From a bacterium (GTDB lineage: Bacteria > UBA8248): a stretch of DNA of 64,000 nt. Where the stretch lies: assembly GCA_965213685.1 (NCBI GenBank), contig CBDBZY010000044.1, positions 1-64,000 of the forward strand. Reading direction: 5' to 3'. The position numbers were made by a program, and so were the translations under genes. The notes under the pieces were generated by a model. The model saw only the letters and a program-made list of their open reading frames with translations. It was not told the DNA's origin and ran no database searches. Shown here in pieces: positions 60,663-64,000 of this stretch. Positions within the stretch are counted from its first letter, which is position 1, and each line of letters begins with the position of its first letter.

Positions 60663-61846
60663 TCATTCTCGAACGGCTCCCGACGTCCCGGAGGGTTCTG
60701 CTCCTCGCCGCGCTTTGCGCGCTCTCGCTGTTCGTCTCGTCGCGATTCGCGCCGCACCTCCGGCACCCCGTGGATTCCCTCCTGCTCGCGCAGGGCATGG
60801 TCGACGGCGCGCGCGGCGGCTGGCTCTCCGCCCTGACGCGCAAGCCGGGGAGAACGGAAATCGCGCTGACCGGGGTCGCGGCGGATTTGTATTCTCCGGG
60901 AGATTCGCCGCACTGGGGCACCGCCCCTTCACGGGGGTGCGTCGTCCTCGTCCACGGAATGAGCGCGGCGGGAAGGCGGGATCATCGGCTGGTGGCGTTC
61001 GCCGAGGCTCTGGCGCGGCTCGGATTCTCCGCCGTCGTCCCCGATCTGCCTGGCATGAAAAGGTTCCGGCCCGCAGAGGCGGACGTCGCCCGCATCGAGG
61101 AGACGTTCCGGTGGATGGCGGGCGGCGGCCAGGCCTCTTTCGTCAGGTGCGGCCTTCTGGCGTTTTCCTTTGGGGCGGGGCCGGCCCTGCGCGCGGCGGC
61201 CAGGCCGGGCGTCCGGGACAGGATGGCCGCTTTTGTCGGCGTGGGGGCGTTTTACGACCTGAAAAACGTGCTGAAGCACCTCACCACGAGCGGCGGGGAG
61301 GACAAGCCCGCCTTCCCGGGAGCACCACCGATCCGGCACGGAAAATGGCTTTTTCTTCTCTCCAACGCCAGGCTCCTGGGGCTGGAGGCTTTCCAGGACG
61401 AGATAGGCCGGATCGTCGCGAGGAAGCGAAAAGAGGAGGAGGCGGACACGACGGATTTGCAGGAGCGTTTGCCGGAGGGTGCGCGCGCGCTCATCGCCTT
61501 GCTGGAGAACAAGGACCCCCGGCGCTTCGAGGCGCTCTACGCGCGGCAGGGCGCCGGGCGGCGGAAGCGTCTGCGAGGGTGGAGCATGCGCGACGTCCTC
61601 CCGAAGGTGGGGGGGCGGAAGTTTTTTCTGCACGGGCGGGACGACCCGTTTGTTCCGGCGTCCGAGAGCCTCCTGTTGGCGAATCGCGCCAGAGAGACGT
61701 CGGAGGATGCGGTTTTCTCGCTCATCCTGGAGGGGTTTCGGCACGTGGGGATGGCCAGGGGGGGCGCCCTCTCCCCCCGGAAAATGTGGGAAGGCGCGCG
61801 ATTCCTGGGGTTCGTCTCCGCCGTGCTGAGCGCGCTGGAGAGATGA
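60659..61846 (+). CDS. Alpha/beta-fold hydrolase with N-terminal hydrophobic segment (start uncertain)
   Basis: LVHGMS, AFSFG nucleophile elbow, HGRDDPFVP, FRHV. Confidence 0.8.
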   Translation: MIILERLPTSRRVLLLAALCALSLFVSSRFAPHLRHPVDSLLLAQGMVDGARGGWLSALTRKPGRTEIALTGVAADLYSPGDSPHWGTAPSRGCVVLVHGMSAAGRRDHRLVAFAEALARLGFSAVVPDLPGMKRFRPAEADVARIEETFRWMAGGGQASFVRCGLLAFSFGAGPALRAAARPGVRDRMAAFVGVGAFYDLKNVLKHLTTSGGEDKPAFPGAPPIRHGKWLFLLSNARLLGLEAFQDEIGRIVARKRKEEEADTTDLQERLPEGARALIALLENKDPRRFEALYARQGAGRRKRLRGWSMRDVLPKVGGRKFFLHGRDDPFVPASESLLLANRARETSEDAVFSLILEGFRHVGMARGGALSPRKMWEGARFLGFVSAVLSALER

Positions 61847-61941
61847 TGGCCGCGGCGTCTTTTCCCGGATCCGCATGGCGGGACGGGGAGGTGATGTAGT
61901 ACGCTGCGCGACGATTCCGCCTGCCCGAGGAGAGCGTCGCC

Positions 61942-62409
61942 ATGTCTGGGGAAACTGCTTCGGAGCCCGTCGTCCGGGTGGTGCGGGCGCGGTGGAGAGG
62001 GGATTTGCGGGCGGAGATGCGGGCGCGCGATTGTCCGCCGTTTTCGAGTGATGAGCCCAAGGAGCGGGGCGGCCTGTTCGAGCATCCCACCCCCGCCGAG
62101 TATGCGGTGGGCGCCTTGACGGGCTGCGGCGCGGCGCATGTGGAGATGTTCGCCAAGGAGGTGGGGATGCCGCTCGAGGATTGCCGGGTGGAGGGGAGGC
62201 TCGCGATGGGCCGCTTTGCGCCCGATGATCCGCGCGCCCGAAACGGAGGCGTCACCGGCGTGGTGCTGGACATTTTCGTGACCTCCACGGGCTCCGCAGC
62301 GCAGCTCGAGGAGGTGAAGAAGAAGTTTCGGGCGGGATGTATCCTGTATTTGTTCATGAGCGCGGCGACGCAGGTGGAGGATGAATGGATTCTGAGCCGG
62401 CCGGCATAG
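61942..62409 (+). CDS. OsmC-family protein
   Basis: SDEPKERGG...PTPAEY..GALTGC and second Cys in AGCIL. Confidence 0.85.
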   Translation: MSGETASEPVVRVVRARWRGDLRAEMRARDCPPFSSDEPKERGGLFEHPTPAEYAVGALTGCGAAHVEMFAKEVGMPLEDCRVEGRLAMGRFAPDDPRARNGGVTGVVLDIFVTSTGSAAQLEEVKKKFRAGCILYLFMSAATQVEDEWILSRPA

Positions 62410-62446
62410 CGTCTTTCGGCCATTTCACGAACACCGGAAAGCGTTG

Positions 62447-63361
62447 ATGGATGCCTCCACACATGCCCTGGGCCTGCTGTTCGCCGTCTCGGCGCTCCTG
62501 AGCTGGGGGAGCCTGTCCTTTTTCATTCGCCTGGCGATGAAAAACGCGCCGCTTCTCAAAACGACCGCGGCCACCTCCACCCTCAACGGCGCGTTCGTCG
62601 CCATCCTGGTTTTCTGTACGCTGCCGATGTCCGCTTTTCGGCCGCAGCTGGCCAAGACCTGGGTGCTCATCCCCGTCACCGGCTTTTTCATGATCACCAT
62701 CTCCCGGCTTACCTACTATTACGCCATCAGGCGCATCGGGCCCAGCCGCACGATTCCCATCGCCGCGAGCACGCCGGAGGTCACCGCGCTGCTGGCCGCC
62801 GTGTTTTTGGACGAGCCCTTTACGGTGCCCATCATCCTGGGCCTCTTGTGCCTGATGGCGGGCCTCACCGTGGTGGTGCGCTCCGCTCCGGCCCAGGCGA
62901 ATCCCGCGGCGGGCCTCGCCCGGGGGAGCGTCGTCGCGGGCTACGTCTCGGCCGGCTTGACCACGCTGAACTGGAGCGCTTCGGGCGTCATGCTGAAGAC
63001 GATAGCCCTGGACGTGGACGCGCTCGCCGCTTCCGCCTGGGTGATCTGGGTAGGGCTCGCCTTCGCCTGGGTTCTGGCGTTCGCCTTTGGTCCCAAAGGA
63101 GAGGGGGGGAGGATACCCCGGGCGAGCTGGAAGTGGATGCTCGTGGCCGCCCTTTGCCAGACGATAGCCATCCCGTCGTACAGCAACGCCCTGGCCCGCA
63201 CCTACGCGGTGAACGTCTCCTCCGTCACGTCGATTCAGCCGCTTCTGGTGATTCTGGGCTCTCACCTGTTTTTGCGGGAGACGGAGAACGTCACGCCGAG
63301 GCTCGTCCTCGGCGCCGTGATGACGGTCTTCGGAACCATTTTGATTCTGAGCGGACTCTAA
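62447..63361 (+). CDS. EamA/DMT-family transporter
   Basis: Ten TM segments; IGPSRT.PI...P...ALLAAVFLDE; QPLLV...LFLRE. Confidence 0.9.
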   Translation: MDASTHALGLLFAVSALLSWGSLSFFIRLAMKNAPLLKTTAATSTLNGAFVAILVFCTLPMSAFRPQLAKTWVLIPVTGFFMITISRLTYYYAIRRIGPSRTIPIAASTPEVTALLAAVFLDEPFTVPIILGLLCLMAGLTVVVRSAPAQANPAAGLARGSVVAGYVSAGLTTLNWSASGVMLKTIALDVDALAASAWVIWVGLAFAWVLAFAFGPKGEGGRIPRASWKWMLVAALCQTIAIPSYSNALARTYAVNVSSVTSIQPLLVILGSHLFLRETENVTPRLVLGAVMTVFGTILILSGL

Positions 63362-64000
63362 TCGTCGCCGATGCGCTCCACGCCCTTCCGCACGAAGACG
63401 GCCCCGTGGCCGAAGCGCTCCCTGATCTGGTCCAGGCTGCGCACGAGGCGCTCCTCCTTCTCCCGGTCTTGATCGTCGATGAGGAGGGGTTGCGCCCGGG
63501 GCGTATCCAGGCCGGACAGGTAGATGCCCAACAGGCGAACCTTTCGGTTTTTCGCCTCGTTCGCGCAGGTGTGCCGCAGCAGGCCAAGGGCGGGTTCGAT
63601 GATCTCCTTGTCGAGGCGCGTCGGCTTCTCCAGCGTGCGGGAGCGCGTCAGGGTCGTAAAATCCGGGAAGCGGATTTTGAGGGTGATCTGCCTCGCGCAC
63701 AGCCCGCGGCCCCGCACCCGCGCGCTTGCCTGCTCGGCCAGCTCGGCGAGCGCGGCCTCCAGCCTGGAGCGCTTCGAGACGTCCTCGGGAAAGGTGGTTT
63801 CCTTGCCAATGCTCTTGGGCCGGCTTTCGAGCACGAGTTCGGAATCGTCTTGTCCCCTCGCCTTCCGGTAGAGGTCGGGCCCGAGGTTCTGGAATTGCGC
63901 CTCCAGGAAAGAGGGCGACTGCCTCGCGAGGTCGCCGATGGTGCGAATCCCCAGACGCTTCAGCTTCGCGGCCATCACCTTCCCCACGCCGGGGACGCTG
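63358..64000 (-). CDS. dinB: DNA polymerase IV, 3' portion (5' end outside window)
   Basis: PGVGK, LGIRTIGDL, KSIGKETTF, ITLKIRFPDFTTLTRSRTL, VRLLGI, D.IRERFG. Confidence 0.93.
   Translation of the reverse strand, partial: SVPGVGKVMAAKLKRLGIRTIGDLARQSPSFLEAQFQNLGPDLYRKARGQDDSELVLESRPKSIGKETTFPEDVSKRSRLEAALAELAEQASARVRGRGLCARQITLKIRFPDFTTLTRSRTLEKPTRLDKEIIEPALGLLRHTCANEAKNRKVRLLGIYLSGLDTPRAQPLLIDDQDREKEERLVRSLDQIRERFGHGAVFVRKGVERIGDD

Overview
High-GC (roughly 70% by eye) Gram-negative bacterial chromosome segment, densely coding, about 55 genes. I recognised no rRNA, tRNA, CRISPR array, integrase, transposase or prophage. Contents in order: a signal-peptide-less DctP-like protein; a cell-wall/amino-sugar neighbourhood (unknown 200-aa protein-nagA-D-aminoacylase-membrane TPR protein, convergent with M20 hydrolase-Slt-type lytic transglycosylase-anmK-ArgE/DapE-like peptidase); a complete tolQRAB-pal-cpoB operon; ligA, galU and two CNNM/CorC genes; a coupled NUDIX-degenerate histidine kinase-Ldh_2 dehydrogenase operon; five EamA/DMT transporters; a tungsten-type aldehyde oxidoreductase operon with a possibly switchable structured leader; two DNA methyltransferases, each followed by what looks like only the C-terminal stub of a restriction endonuclease; glyA, an amidase with a small partner, typA, two luciferase-like monooxygenases, PAC2 and DUF3151 proteins, a lone xanthine-dehydrogenase-family Mo subunit, ggt, uvrA with an AT-hook-like insert, and dinB. 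Most long ORFs in the supplied track are GC-rich shadow frames. Four +1 insertions in short homopolymers within the first 12 kb are probably sequencing errors. No clearly new multi-gene system is demonstrable from sequence alone. The best leads are the pseudokinase operon, the AOR leader RNA, the peptidoglycan-recycling neighbourhood with its unknown protein, and the repeated decay pattern of the R-M loci. All family calls are from motif recognition, not database searches.
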